From Armatimonadota bacterium (GTDB taxonomy: Bacteria; Armatimonadota; Fimbriimonadia; Fimbriimonadales; GBS-DC): DNA of 18,099 nucleotides. Each line of letters begins with the position of its first letter. Position 1 is the stretch's first letter. The translations under genes were made by a program, and so were the position numbers. Shown here piece by piece: positions 6,801-15,854 of the stretch. The DNA lies in NCBI GenBank assembly GCA_037445735.1, contig JBBIJY010000038.1, positions 1-18,099 on the forward strand, read 5' to 3'. The notes below the pieces were generated by a model. That model was not told where the DNA came from. It saw only the letters and a list, made by a program, of their open reading frames with translations, and did not search any database.

Positions 6801-8926
6801 CACCCAACCTCGCTCCTCACCTGCATGAGTTCCCGTATCGTGCCCCATTTGAGATAATCGCTCAGCACGGCTATCACGCTGTCCATTTCCACGAGCAGCT
6901 CCTTCGTCGGATTGAACACGCCCGTCCACACCTGATTGCCAGGGAAACCCTCCAGCCAGTCGCCAATCGGATCCCAGCCGTTATCGCTGAAACGGCGCAC
7001 ATGCAACGCGCTGTTGTTCGGGTGCACATAGCCCGTGCCCTGAACCGCCAGCACCATAAACAGCCAGCTATCTATCGCTGCTGACAGCCAGCGCCGCAAC
7101 GCCACCACACCCTTCTCCCGACGCCACTGCATATCGTTGCTCCACTCGTTGTTCGCACCGCGCAACTCCGTGCCGTTCTCCAGTCCCCACCGACCCAGCG
7201 CCGTATCCGCATAGCTCGCCGCCGAATGGTACAACCCCGCCCAGCTCAAAGAAAAATCCAGATTGGCAGTCGGCACAAAGTCCAGATCGCGATAGCGCAG
7301 GCGGCGCGGGTCGCCGTTCGGAGCGCCCAGCTCCAGCGCCGCGCCCGGCTGCCAGCGAAAGCCTTTGAACCCGAACCGCCGCCACGCCTCCCACCAGCCA
7401 CGACCACCGTGCCGATTGCCCGCATGGTTCGTGTAGCCCACACCGCCGTCTATCGGCAAGCCCAGCAGCGCATGCTCCGCCAGCGCCCGTTCCAGCAGCA
7501 TGCAGGCGGTGAAGTAGCTGCCAGCGGGCACAGTAGCGGTTGCCTGCGTGGTGGTCGGCGCGTTCACCAGCACATAAGCCTGACCGTTCATTTCAAAGTT
7601 GAACCCGCTTGCCGAAGTGGGCGCCACCTTGCGATTGATTGCATAACCCTGCGTGGAACTGCGCTGATCCCAGATCGGCAACGGGTTCGGCGCCGCCCAT
7701 TCATAGCCAGGATCGCTGTGCCGTGTGCGGGCAAGACTGCCCCATGCGGGCGCGTTGAACCCGTCGCCCGACGGCCCCGTGTGGTCATGCACCCCGAACG
7801 CAAAGCAGTCAGGGTTCTGCTGAATGAGCTGCAGAATGCGCTGCGCTTCCGCACGACCCGCTGCGCCGTCGCCCGGATCAAACGGCGCGTCGCCCGTGCC
7901 AAACAGCATGTCCCACCAGTACCCCGTGACGGTCTCATACCGTGCACCCGTACGCGAACTCCACAGTATCTGCAACCCGCGTGCCTTCGCGAAATCGCGC
8001 ACCCATTCGAAAGTCTCGCGCATAGCCCGCACCATGTCCAGCTCGCGCGACACATACGGATTGCTGCTGCTGACCTCCGCCGGGTGGTCAAACTCAAATA
8101 CAACAGGCAACTTCCGCACTGGCTGGATACCCGCGAGCTTCAGCGCGTACAGCAGCCAGAATGGGTGAAAGGCATTATAACTGCTGTGGCGACTGCTCCA
8201 GCGTGTGCTGCTCGGTCCCTGCAGCGCGGGCAACAGGTAATGGTTCCGATACCGCAAGCCGAACACAGGCAGCTTGCCCGTCGGCGGCTGGTTCAGCCGT
8301 TGCGCGTCAGGAAAGTCAGGCATGGCGAGTATCTCGCTCTCGCTACTGAGCAGATTCTGATCCACCAGATACGCTGCGCACTCATTATCGCTGCTCCAGC
8401 GGTAGTTCCACGCGCGGACATAAACCGTGCGGTTCTCGCGGGTGAGAGAGACGCGCGTGCCGATACGGTTCCGAAAGCCGCCCGCTGTCGTAAATATCCC
8501 GTTCGCCCAGCGGTAAGCGGTGCTGTCCGGGTTCGCCGAATCGAACGGGATAATCGGGAAGTTCGCTGGCAGGCTCAGCGTGCGACTCGTGCTGATTGCC
8601 GCACCGAAATGCACCACTGGCGGATCGTCCGCCGCGTTCCAGCTGGAAAGCCAGGTCGTCAGCGTCGGGTCATAACCCGTGAAGGTGGTGGTCGCCGATT
8701 GCGTCCAGCAGACCAGCACCGCCTGATACCGCTTCAAGAAGTCGCGCATTTGGCTGCTGGTCGGATTGAACGGCGCGGTAATGCCCGCCACAGGGGTCAG
8801 CAGCCGATAGCTGGCGCTGGAAACCACAAACAGAATATCGCTCTCTATGCCGAGCGCCCGCAACGCCGTCTGCGCCACATACGGCTGCATGGTGTCCAGC
8901 CCGCTGACCAGCAAGACCTTCGGCAT
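6800..8926 (-). CDS. Hypothetical 708-aa protein; possible alpha/beta N-domain plus polysaccharide-deacetylase-like metal-binding barrel
   Basis: ATG at 8926 with SD GGAGGAG, 1 nt after the upstream stop; candidate metal motifs VVFEFDHP, FGVHDHT, YTNH, GYVHP; no signal peptide. The CDS is well supported, the function is tentative. Confidence 0.75.
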   Translation of the reverse strand: MPKVLLVSGLDTMQPYVAQTALRALGIESDILFVVSSASYRLLTPVAGITAPFNPTSSQMRDFLKRYQAVLVCWTQSATTTFTGYDPTLTTWLSSWNAADDPPVVHFGAAISTSRTLSLPANFPIIPFDSANPDSTAYRWANGIFTTAGGFRNRIGTRVSLTRENRTVYVRAWNYRWSSDNECAAYLVDQNLLSSESEILAMPDFPDAQRLNQPPTGKLPVFGLRYRNHYLLPALQGPSSTRWSSRHSSYNAFHPFWLLYALKLAGIQPVRKLPVVFEFDHPAEVSSSNPYVSRELDMVRAMRETFEWVRDFAKARGLQILWSSRTGARYETVTGYWWDMLFGTGDAPFDPGDGAAGRAEAQRILQLIQQNPDCFAFGVHDHTGPSGDGFNAPAWGSLARTRHSDPGYEWAAPNPLPIWDQRSSTQGYAINRKVAPTSASGFNFEMNGQAYVLVNAPTTTQATATVPAGSYFTACMLLERALAEHALLGLPIDGGVGYTNHAGNRHGGRGWWEAWRRFGFKGFRWQPGAALELGAPNGDPRRLRYRDLDFVPTANLDFSLSWAGLYHSAASYADTALGRWGLENGTELRGANNEWSNDMQWRREKGVVALRRWLSAAIDSWLFMVLAVQGTGYVHPNNSALHVRRFSDNGWDPIGDWLEGFPGNQVWTGVFNPTKELLVEMDSVIAVLSDYLKWGTIRELMQVRSEVG

Positions 8927-8927
8927 T

Positions 8928-9113
8928 TTACAACTCCTCCCACTGACGCTGGAGCTGGTCAATCAGGCGCCGATAAGCGAGCTTGACCAGCATGCGCATA
9001 TTCGGATCGTCGCCCGCGATACGGTTCAAATCCTCGTCGCTCAGATACAACGCTCGCCGAAAGAGCCATTCCCCAATCGGGCGCTTGAAGAGCCTCAGAA
9101 GCGTTTTCCACAT
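8928..9113 (-). CDS. Hypothetical 61-aa helical protein
   Basis: TAATG overlap with the upstream gene, SD-like GAGGTG, fills the gap exactly; amphipathic basic N-terminus. Confidence 0.7.
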   Translation of the reverse strand: MWKTLLRLFKRPIGEWLFRRALYLSDEDLNRIAGDDPNMRMLVKLAYRRLIDQLQRQWEEL

Positions 9114-9640
9114 TAGCGTTCACCTCGCAAGACAGACACGATATTGGCAGAGGCAGTGCCTCGCCGAACGGTGATTCGGTACTGATCCCAGCCGAGCGGT
9201 GTGCCGTCAGTGGTCTGCAAAACCAGTCGGAAATAGCCTGCCGCGGTGAGCGAGACGGTGAAGCTGCCCACAGCAAACCACACGCCGGACCCGGAGGTAT
9301 GGAGCGGTGCGCCGAAGGGGTCGGTCGCCCGCGCATAGAGGTCAACCGTCAAATCAATCGCGCCTGCAGCATAACCCACCAGAATGAACCGCCGATAGGC
9401 AGAGGCGTTGATAATGGTGGGTGTATCGGGGTCGGTGTTGTTCGCCAGGTCGGTATTGCTCGGCGAGGCGCTGGTGTTCTGTGTAGGTGTGAAGGTCGCG
9501 CCGTAGAAGAGAGTGTCAACCCCGACAGGTTCGGTCGGGATCGTGTCGGTGTTATAGACCCGCACAGGGAGCGGGTTCTCCGCGCTCACGCTGGTCAGCA
9601 GCGGCTGTGAGCCACTCTGTTTCAAAAACTTCAGCGGCAT
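9113..9640 (-). CDS. Hypothetical 175-aa beta-rich protein, possibly phage-structural-like
   Basis: SD AGGAGG before ATG; N-terminal VSAENPLPV motif followed by Thr/Ser/Pro-rich linker and alternating beta-strand pattern. Confidence 0.75.
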   Translation of the reverse strand: MPLKFLKQSGSQPLLTSVSAENPLPVRVYNTDTIPTEPVGVDTLFYGATFTPTQNTSASPSNTDLANNTDPDTPTIINASAYRRFILVGYAAGAIDLTVDLYARATDPFGAPLHTSGSGVWFAVGSFTVSLTAAGYFRLVLQTTDGTPLGWDQYRITVRRGTASANIVSVLRGER

Positions 9641-9671
9641 AGCATTCCTCCTGATAGGAGGGAATGCTATG
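9638..9671 (-). promoter_or_regulatory. Hairpin sequestering SD and start codon of the 175-aa gene
   Basis: catagcattcctcct (9638-9652) / aggagggaatgctatg (9656-9671): 15 bp with one bulge, 3-nt loop, 11 nt after the gyrA stop. Confidence 0.65.
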
Positions 9672-9682
9672 GGCGGATGTGG

Positions 9683-12600
9683 TCAACCCGTTTCACTGCC
9701 TGTGAGCGCGAGCGTTTTCTGGTCCGCTTCCTGCAGGCGTTTGTTCAGCACGATGCGGGTTACAGCAGCCACCCGGTCGCCTTCCGCCAGATCGATCAGC
9801 TTGACACCCTGCGCGATCCGCCCCGTGATACGCAGGTCGCCCACGCGCAGGCGGATACCCTTGCCGTTGGCGGTCACCAGAATGAGCTTATCATCTTTTT
9901 CGACCACTTCGGCGGCGACCACCCGTCCCGTCTTGCGCGTGACATTCATCGTGAGGATGCCCTTGCCCCCACGCGACTGCACACGATACTCTCTGAGCGG
10001 CGTGCATTTGCCGTAGCCGTTCTCGGAGACGACCAGCAGCAGCGCACCGGGCATCACGCGACAGGCTGCCACCAGCGTATCGCCCTTTGTCAGGCGGATG
10101 GCAATCACGCCCCCTGCCGTGCGCGAGCGCACGGGCACATCCTTCTCCGGGAAGCGGATGGCGAAGCCCGCCTGCGTCACCAGCAGGATGTCATCGCTGC
10201 CGCTGGTGTGCAGCACCCAGCCGAGCGAATCACCCGCCTCCAGATCGAAGGCGTTCAGCCCATTACTGCGCAGGTTCGCAAACTCGCTCAGCTGCGTGCG
10301 CTTGATCTCGCCCCCGCGCGTAATCATCGTCAGGTAGCCCTCGCTCTCGAAGTCACGCACGGAGACGGTCGCCGTCACCTTCTCATCAGGCTGGATGCTG
10401 ATGTAGTTGATGACAGGCGTGCCTTTTGCCTGACGCGAGGTTTCGGGAATCTCGTACGCTTTGAGCCGATACACGCGCCCCCGATCAGTGAAGAAGAGAA
10501 TATAGTGGTGCGTGCTGACCTGGAACAGATGCTCCACCTCGTCCTCTTCACGGGCGGTCGTCGCAATCACGCCCTTGCCCCCGCGCTTCTGCGAGCGGTA
10601 GGCGTCGAGCGAAACGCGCTTGATGTAGCCGTCGCGCGTGATCAGCACCAGTGTCTCCTCTTCAGGGATCAGATCCTCTTCGGAAATCTCTTCGGCTTCG
10701 CGGGCGACGATGCGCGTGCGCCGTGCATCGCCAAACTTCTCTTTGAGCGCGAGCAGTTCCTCCTTCATTATCTGTTCCACACGGCGCGGGTCGGTCAGAA
10801 TATGCTCCAGGCGCATAATCTCGCGCAGCAGCCCGCGATACTCGTCCGCAATCTTCTCCTGCTCCAGCCGTGCCAGCTGGCGCAGCTGCATCGCCAGAAT
10901 CGCGTCCGCCTGAATCGCGGTCAGCCCGAATCGCTTGATCATCTCGCGGCGAGCAACCTCTGCCGTCTCCGAGCGGCGAATGAGGCGAATGAGTTCGTCC
11001 AGAAAGTTGACCGCGATTTGCAGCCCTTCCAGCACATGCGCGCGCGATTTCGCCCGATACAGTTCATAGCGCGTGCGACGCAGGATCACCGCGCGCCGAT
11101 GCTCCAGATAGTGATCCATCAAATCGAGCAGGCTCATCACGCGCGGCACATTGTCCACCAGCGCGAGCAGAATCGCGCCGAAGGTCGTGCGCAACTGCGT
11201 GTGCTTGAGCAGGTTGTTCAGCATGCGGTTCGGATTCACATCGCGGCGCAGCTCGATCACCACGCGCATGCCTGTGCGGTCGGAGTAGTCGGCGATATCG
11301 GTGATGCCCTCCAGCTTGCCCGACTTGACCAGCTGTGCGATCTGTTCGATCAGGCGCGCCTTGCTGACCTGATAGGGCAGTTCGGTAATCACTATCGCGC
11401 TTTTGCCGCCATCCAGCGGCTCAATCTGCGTTTTCGCCTGCATCACGATGCTGCCGCGTCCCGTCTCGTAGGCTTGACGGATGCCGCGCGTGCCCAGAAT
11501 CAGACCGCCCGTCGGAAAATCGGGACCCGGCAATAACTTCAAGATTGGCTCCAGCGTGCAGTTCGGATGCTCCAGCCGATAGATGAGCGCGTCCACCACC
11601 TCGCTGAGATTGTGCGGCGGGATGTTGGTTGCCATGCCGACGGCGATGCCGCTGCCCCCGTTGCACAGCAGGTTCGGGAAACGCGCGGGCAACACCACAG
11701 GCTCCTCCGTGCTTTGCAGATAGTTCGGCATCCAGTCGACGGTCTCCTTATCGATATCTGCCAGCATCTCCATCGCAATCGGCGTGAGGCGTACCTCGGT
11801 GTTGTGATTGATGAAACCGTTGGCGACGAACGAGTGGCATTCGCTGTCCACACGAATCGAGTACACCCGCTGAACGCCCCCGTCCTCTATCGAAACAACA
11901 GGATCGAAGAAATAGCGGCTCTCGATAAGGGCACAGAGGAACTCGGCATCTTCAGGGCTGAGCGCCTCCAGCAACTTCGGCATGGCGTCGGCAAGACGGC
12001 TGAGTCGGTCAAAATTGTGCTTGCCCAGCCACTCGCGATGGCGATGCGCCACACGCCGCACATACTGGCTCAAGAAGGGTACCGCGTCGGTCTTGGACAG
12101 CACACGCCCCGACATCGACGCCACCATCTCCGCCAGCGCCTTGCGCTTTGCTTCCGAGAGGAAGCCAATCCTCTGCTGATACCTCTGCAGATTATCCGAG
12201 CCGTTGATGGTCAACCGATAGGTGCTGCCGCGCGCCTCCTTCCCCAGGCGAGCCACAATCCCGAATGAGAGCAACATCACCTGCACCTGCTGGAGCAGGC
12301 GCTGACTGCTGGAGACGAGGCTCACCCGCATCAGGCTGCGCCCGGAGCGTTCGACGGCGCCATCGCCCTCGAACAGCGCGCGCAGGAAAGCCGCCTGCAC
12401 CGCTTGTGGCGAGCGCAAAATCACGGCTGGCACCCCACGCTCCGCCGACCGACCGCTCAGCCCCAGATGGTTCAAAAAGCGCACCACCTGCTGGCTCACC
12501 ACCTGCATCTGCCAGAAGGGACGCTTGCCAAAGCCCACAGGCGCCCGCAGCCATCGATGCAGGCGACAATCAGGAAAACACCGCTCCCAGCAGCGCACAA

Positions 12601-13477
12601 ACTCATCGGCAAACTCGCCCGGTGTGCAGGTGAACTCGATGCGCTCGGATGCGAGCGTGCCTTCCGCAATCAAAGCGCCCATCAATGTCGCCAGCGATTC
12701 GTCCAGATGAGTCGGGAGCGAATGGCGACGCACGCGTGAACCTTCCGCAAAGGTCGGGTAATAGGCGGTCAGGTCAGCAGGTTCAGCCTGCGCTTCCGAT
12801 TCACCCCTGTCGATCACCAGATAATCTCCCCTCTGCAGACTGGCGAGCGTTTTCCATGCCAGTCGGGGTTTGCCGTCGCTGTCGGCGACGCAAACCAGCA
12901 CGGGATGATTTGGCGTGCCCTGCAGCTCGAAGCCATAGCGTGTCCGCACGCGCAGGGTTGGATGCTCCCCACAATCGAACCAGCGCGTCGCCCGCTGCAC
13001 GCGTCCCCCTGCGGAGCGCACGAGAATGTCGATTTCCTCTGTCTGTGCCAGCTGCCCGATCGGAATCAGCCCTTGCTCCGTGCGCACCAGCGTATCGCCT
13101 GTGACACAGTAGCGCATCGCGGCAGGCGGATCACCGTCGATACTCCCGAAGTTGCCCTGCCCGTCCACCAGCGGATAGCGCATATTAAAGTCCTGTGCCA
13201 TGCGCACCAGCGTCGGGTAGACCACCTCCTGACCGTGCGGGTGATAGTTCGCAGTGGTCTCCCCACACACTTTGGCGGACTTGGTGTGCGCCGAGTCGGG
13301 GGTCAGCCCCAGCTCCCGCATCACATACAGAATGCGCCGCTGCACAGGCTTCAGCCCATCCCGCACATCGGGCAGAGCGCGGGCAATAATCACGCTCATC
13401 GCATAGTCGAGGTAGGAGCGCTTCATCTCCTCCTCAACGGGAACCTGCAACACCTCGCGTCCAATCGGCGTACTCAT
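9683..13477 (-). CDS. gyrA: DNA gyrase subunit A, intein-containing (1264-aa precursor, about 828 aa spliced)
   Basis: [62 protein letters not shown]; GyrA-box QKRGGKG and six-bladed CTD repeats; ATG at 13477. Confidence 0.97.
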   Translation of the reverse strand: MSTPIGREVLQVPVEEEMKRSYLDYAMSVIIARALPDVRDGLKPVQRRILYVMRELGLTPDSAHTKSAKVCGETTANYHPHGQEVVYPTLVRMAQDFNMRYPLVDGQGNFGSIDGDPPAAMRYCVTGDTLVRTEQGLIPIGQLAQTEEIDILVRSAGGRVQRATRWFDCGEHPTLRVRTRYGFELQGTPNHPVLVCVADSDGKPRLAWKTLASLQRGDYLVIDRGESEAQAEPADLTAYYPTFAEGSRVRRHSLPTHLDESLATLMGALIAEGTLASERIEFTCTPGEFADEFVRCWERCFPDCRLHRWLRAPVGFGKRPFWQMQVVSQQVVRFLNHLGLSGRSAERGVPAVILRSPQAVQAAFLRALFEGDGAVERSGRSLMRVSLVSSSQRLLQQVQVMLLSFGIVARLGKEARGSTYRLTINGSDNLQRYQQRIGFLSEAKRKALAEMVASMSGRVLSKTDAVPFLSQYVRRVAHRHREWLGKHNFDRLSRLADAMPKLLEALSPEDAEFLCALIESRYFFDPVVSIEDGGVQRVYSIRVDSECHSFVANGFINHNTEVRLTPIAMEMLADIDKETVDWMPNYLQSTEEPVVLPARFPNLLCNGGSGIAVGMATNIPPHNLSEVVDALIYRLEHPNCTLEPILKLLPGPDFPTGGLILGTRGIRQAYETGRGSIVMQAKTQIEPLDGGKSAIVITELPYQVSKARLIEQIAQLVKSGKLEGITDIADYSDRTGMRVVIELRRDVNPNRMLNNLLKHTQLRTTFGAILLALVDNVPRVMSLLDLMDHYLEHRRAVILRRTRYELYRAKSRAHVLEGLQIAVNFLDELIRLIRRSETAEVARREMIKRFGLTAIQADAILAMQLRQLARLEQEKIADEYRGLLREIMRLEHILTDPRRVEQIMKEELLALKEKFGDARRTRIVAREAEEISEEDLIPEEETLVLITRDGYIKRVSLDAYRSQKRGGKGVIATTAREEDEVEHLFQVSTHHYILFFTDRGRVYRLKAYEIPETSRQAKGTPVINYISIQPDEKVTATVSVRDFESEGYLTMITRGGEIKRTQLSEFANLRSNGLNAFDLEAGDSLGWVLHTSGSDDILLVTQAGFAIRFPEKDVPVRSRTAGGVIAIRLTKGDTLVAACRVMPGALLLVVSENGYGKCTPLREYRVQSRGGKGILTMNVTRKTGRVVAAEVVEKDDKLILVTANGKGIRLRVGDLRITGRIAQGVKLIDLAEGDRVAAVTRIVLNKRLQEADQKTLALTGSETG
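11801..13108 (-). mobile_element. Intein (436 aa) with LAGLIDADG homing endonuclease
   Basis: Starts CVTGDT after AAMRY; block B GTPNHP; LAGLIDADG blocks LMGALIAEG and [10 protein letters not shown]; ends [18 protein letters not shown] followed by +1 Thr. Confidence 0.96.
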
Positions 13478-13482
13478 CACAA

Positions 13483-13680
13483 TCAATTGTACCCGATGGA
13501 CAGGCGCCTCACAGATATGGGGCTTCCCTTTGAAAGGAGCGTCATTTCCGTGCGCAGGCGAGGATACTGACGAACAGGTACCTTCAGGTAGGGCGGTCGC
13601 GATGCCCATATCCAGATGCCTGCCACCCCGATAAGCACCAGTACCACAACCACAACACAACCCACTTTCAGCGTGCGCAT
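13483..13680 (-). CDS. Short membrane-anchored protein (65 aa), possibly truncated remnant
   Basis: TATACT -10 (13703-13708) and GGAGGG SD upstream; MRTLKVGC + TM helix + SRPPYLKVPVRQYP then an unstructured-looking tail. Confidence 0.5.
   Translation of the reverse strand: MRTLKVGCVVVVVLVLIGVAGIWIWASRPPYLKVPVRQYPRLRTEMTLLSKGSPISVRRLSIGYN
13486..13491 (-). promoter_or_regulatory. Putative -10 (TACAAT) of a leaderless gyrA transcript
   Basis: TACAAT lies 8 nt before ATG 13477 (5 nt before in-frame GTG 13480), with no SD between them. Confidence 0.5.
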
Positions 13681-13749
13681 CGACAAAGCCCTCCACGCAG
13701 GGAGTATACCCCGCATGGAGGGCTGTTTTCAGTCGCTGATGTTCATCGG

Positions 13750-15006
13750 TCAGGGTGTCAGTGTGGCGCTGCGGGTGGCGAAGCGCAGGCGAAAGCCCGC
13801 AGGCGCGATGCCAGCGCGCTCGTAGTTCAGTATCTCCTGCAGCGTGTTCTGGCTCACGAACGCCGTGAAGCTGGCATCCACAGCGCGACCACGCTGGATG
13901 TCCCACGCGCCGCTGTTCCAGCCAGGCAACCCGTTCAGCACAGGCGTGGTGTAGGAGGTTCGACCGCCGAGCCAGCCCGCGCTGATAAAAATCCGCCAGC
14001 TGCGCGCCTGCTGACTGCCACCCAGAGTGAACACATATCCACGCACGGGGCTTTCTACATACGCGCTCCACCGCGCCGTGAAAGCCAGATCACCGCTCGG
14101 GGTGAAGTCGAACTGGGGCGAATCGAAGAGGGGTGGTACGGTGATGGTGAGACTGTCCGGCAGCGTGCCAAGTCCCTGAACCTCACCCCGCTGCCGATCC
14201 GTAATCACCTGAACCCGAAAACTCTCGCCTGCCCGCAGAATCCCGGATGGGAAAATGGGGTACTGTAATGAAAGAAAGGCGCCAACCCCTATCAGGGAGA
14301 AGCGAGTGCTGCTCTGAAGCGCGACCTGGCTGGTTACCGACTCCTCTATGGGGTTGACCCCCTCTATCGTCAGGCTACCTGCCTGCACATCGAACACGCG
14401 CACAACAGCCCCGTCCGACTGATTGAAATCGATCACCAGCCCCGAACTATTGCCAGTAAACGATCGATCTCGCTCCAACCTGACCCTGTTGGGACCCGCG
14501 TCACCAATCCGAACGCCTATCAGGTCGTAGATGCCGGGCGTCAGGGATAGATTAAACGAACCCCCATTCGCGCCCACTGTCTGGCTGGCACCGCTAATGG
14601 ACACAAGGGCAAACTCGCCTGAGCGCAACCCCTGAACGGTGCCCGCCACCGTGATGCTGTTCGGGGAAGCGGGACACGCCGCACCGAAACTCGTCGTCTC
14701 GGCAGTGGTCGCATGCACGATATTCACCTGCGGCTTCTCGCCCTCGCAGACCCACGCAACCGAGTAGCGACCGTCGGCAGAAGTCACCCGGAAACTGTAG
14801 TTATCACCAGAGGCAGTTACCCGTTGCCACGCACCGTTCTCACCATCCTGCACGGCGACATACGCGGCGCCCGTAATGGTCGCCGTCACCGCTGGGCCGC
14901 CATTGCCACCGTTGCCACCGCCGCCTCCGCCACCACCGCAGCCAGCGATCAATAACAGCAGCAGGCAAACCGTGCCCAATCCCATCACTATCTCGTTCCT
15001 TCGCAT
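13750..15006 (-). CDS. Lipoprotein, beta-rich, unknown function (418 aa)
   Basis: SD GAGGAGG, ATG 15006; lipobox LIAG-C followed by poly-Gly linker GGGGGGGGNGGNGG. Confidence 0.85.
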   Translation of the reverse strand: MRRNEIVMGLGTVCLLLLLIAGCGGGGGGGGNGGNGGPAVTATITGAAYVAVQDGENGAWQRVTASGDNYSFRVTSADGRYSVAWVCEGEKPQVNIVHATTAETTSFGAACPASPNSITVAGTVQGLRSGEFALVSISGASQTVGANGGSFNLSLTPGIYDLIGVRIGDAGPNRVRLERDRSFTGNSSGLVIDFNQSDGAVVRVFDVQAGSLTIEGVNPIEESVTSQVALQSSTRFSLIGVGAFLSLQYPIFPSGILRAGESFRVQVITDRQRGEVQGLGTLPDSLTITVPPLFDSPQFDFTPSGDLAFTARWSAYVESPVRGYVFTLGGSQQARSWRIFISAGWLGGRTSYTTPVLNGLPGWNSGAWDIQRGRAVDASFTAFVSQNTLQEILNYERAGIAPAGFRLRFATRSATLTP

Positions 15007-15071
15007 AGGTGCTGACCTCCTCGCCTGTTCGACGCTCCTGAACCTGAGATGTTCCCGCACACACCTGACGG

Positions 15072-15854
15072 TTAACCGCCAGCGAACCACTTCAGATAGA
15101 GCCGAATGATGGTGTAGACCATCACCGCCATAAAGATACCCCGCAACACGCCTGTCGGGGTGCGCGCTGCGAGCTGCACGCCCAGCTTCGCGCCGATCAG
15201 CACCCCCAGCGCGGCGGGCACCACCACATCGGGCTGGAGCTGACCCTGCGCCAGATAGAGCAGCGCGCTGGTGGACGCCGTTGTGCCAATCAGGAAGGAG
15301 CTGGTGCCCATGGCGCATCGCAACGACGCGCCCAGTATGGTGTGCAGCACAGGCACCTGAATCAGCCCGCCGCCAACACCCAGCAACGCCGAGATGAGAC
15401 CGCCCAGCGCCGAAAGCGTCGCCGCCAGCCACTTCCGGGAACTGTTTTTCCACACCGCACGGCACACTTCACCGTCCAAATCGGCAGAGCGCAAAAAGCG
15501 GCTCGCCCACACCATCTGACCCATCACATAGAGCGCGAGCAGAATAAACAGCCCCGCCACCGCTTTCGGCGCAATATAGCCCACCAGCAGCCCGCCCGCA
15601 ATCGCACCCAGCACCGTCGGAACCAGCAGCCGAACCGCGACCTGCCAGTCCACCAGACCCGCCCGCAGGTAGCCCTGCACGCCCGCGCACGAGGTCGCCA
15701 CCACACCCACCAGACTGGCAGCCACCGCCTGCTTGATGGGCACATTAAACAGCAGCGTGAGCGCAGGCACCAGAATAATCCCGCCACCCAGCCCCAGCAT
15801 CGAGCCGAACGCGCCCGCGCCCACCGCCACCCCGAAAATCCATACCGAACTCAT
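15072..15854 (-). CDS. TauE/SafE-family (sulfite exporter/TSUP) membrane protein
   Basis: Duplicated GLGGGIILVP / GVGGGLIQVP motifs, about 8 TM segments, AMGTS motif. Confidence 0.92.
   Translation of the reverse strand: MSSVWIFGVAVGAGAFGSMLGLGGGIILVPALTLLFNVPIKQAVAASLVGVVATSCAGVQGYLRAGLVDWQVAVRLLVPTVLGAIAGGLLVGYIAPKAVAGLFILLALYVMGQMVWASRFLRSADLDGEVCRAVWKNSSRKWLAATLSALGGLISALLGVGGGLIQVPVLHTILGASLRCAMGTSSFLIGTTASTSALLYLAQGQLQPDVVVPAALGVLIGAKLGVQLAARTPTGVLRGIFMAVMVYTIIRLYLKWFAGG

Noticed and set aside
7226..8986. 586-aa plus-strand ORF
   Set aside because: Arg/Ala-rich shadow of the 708-aa gene, which has the SD and operon coupling.
9677..13570. Long plus-strand ORFs (619, 233, 221 aa) opposite gyrA
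   Set aside because: Antisense shadows caused by high-GC codon bias; no recognisable motifs.
13478..14071. 198-aa N-terminal extension of GyrA in the ORF track
   Set aside because: Overlaps two other genes; GyrA homology begins at Met 13477.
14896..14938. GGN-triplet tandem repeat
   Set aside because: Encodes an ordinary poly-Gly lipoprotein linker with mixed codons; not a contingency locus.
15007..15465. N-terminal extension of the lipoprotein ORF
   Set aside because: Overlaps TauE; SD and signal peptide support the start at 15006.
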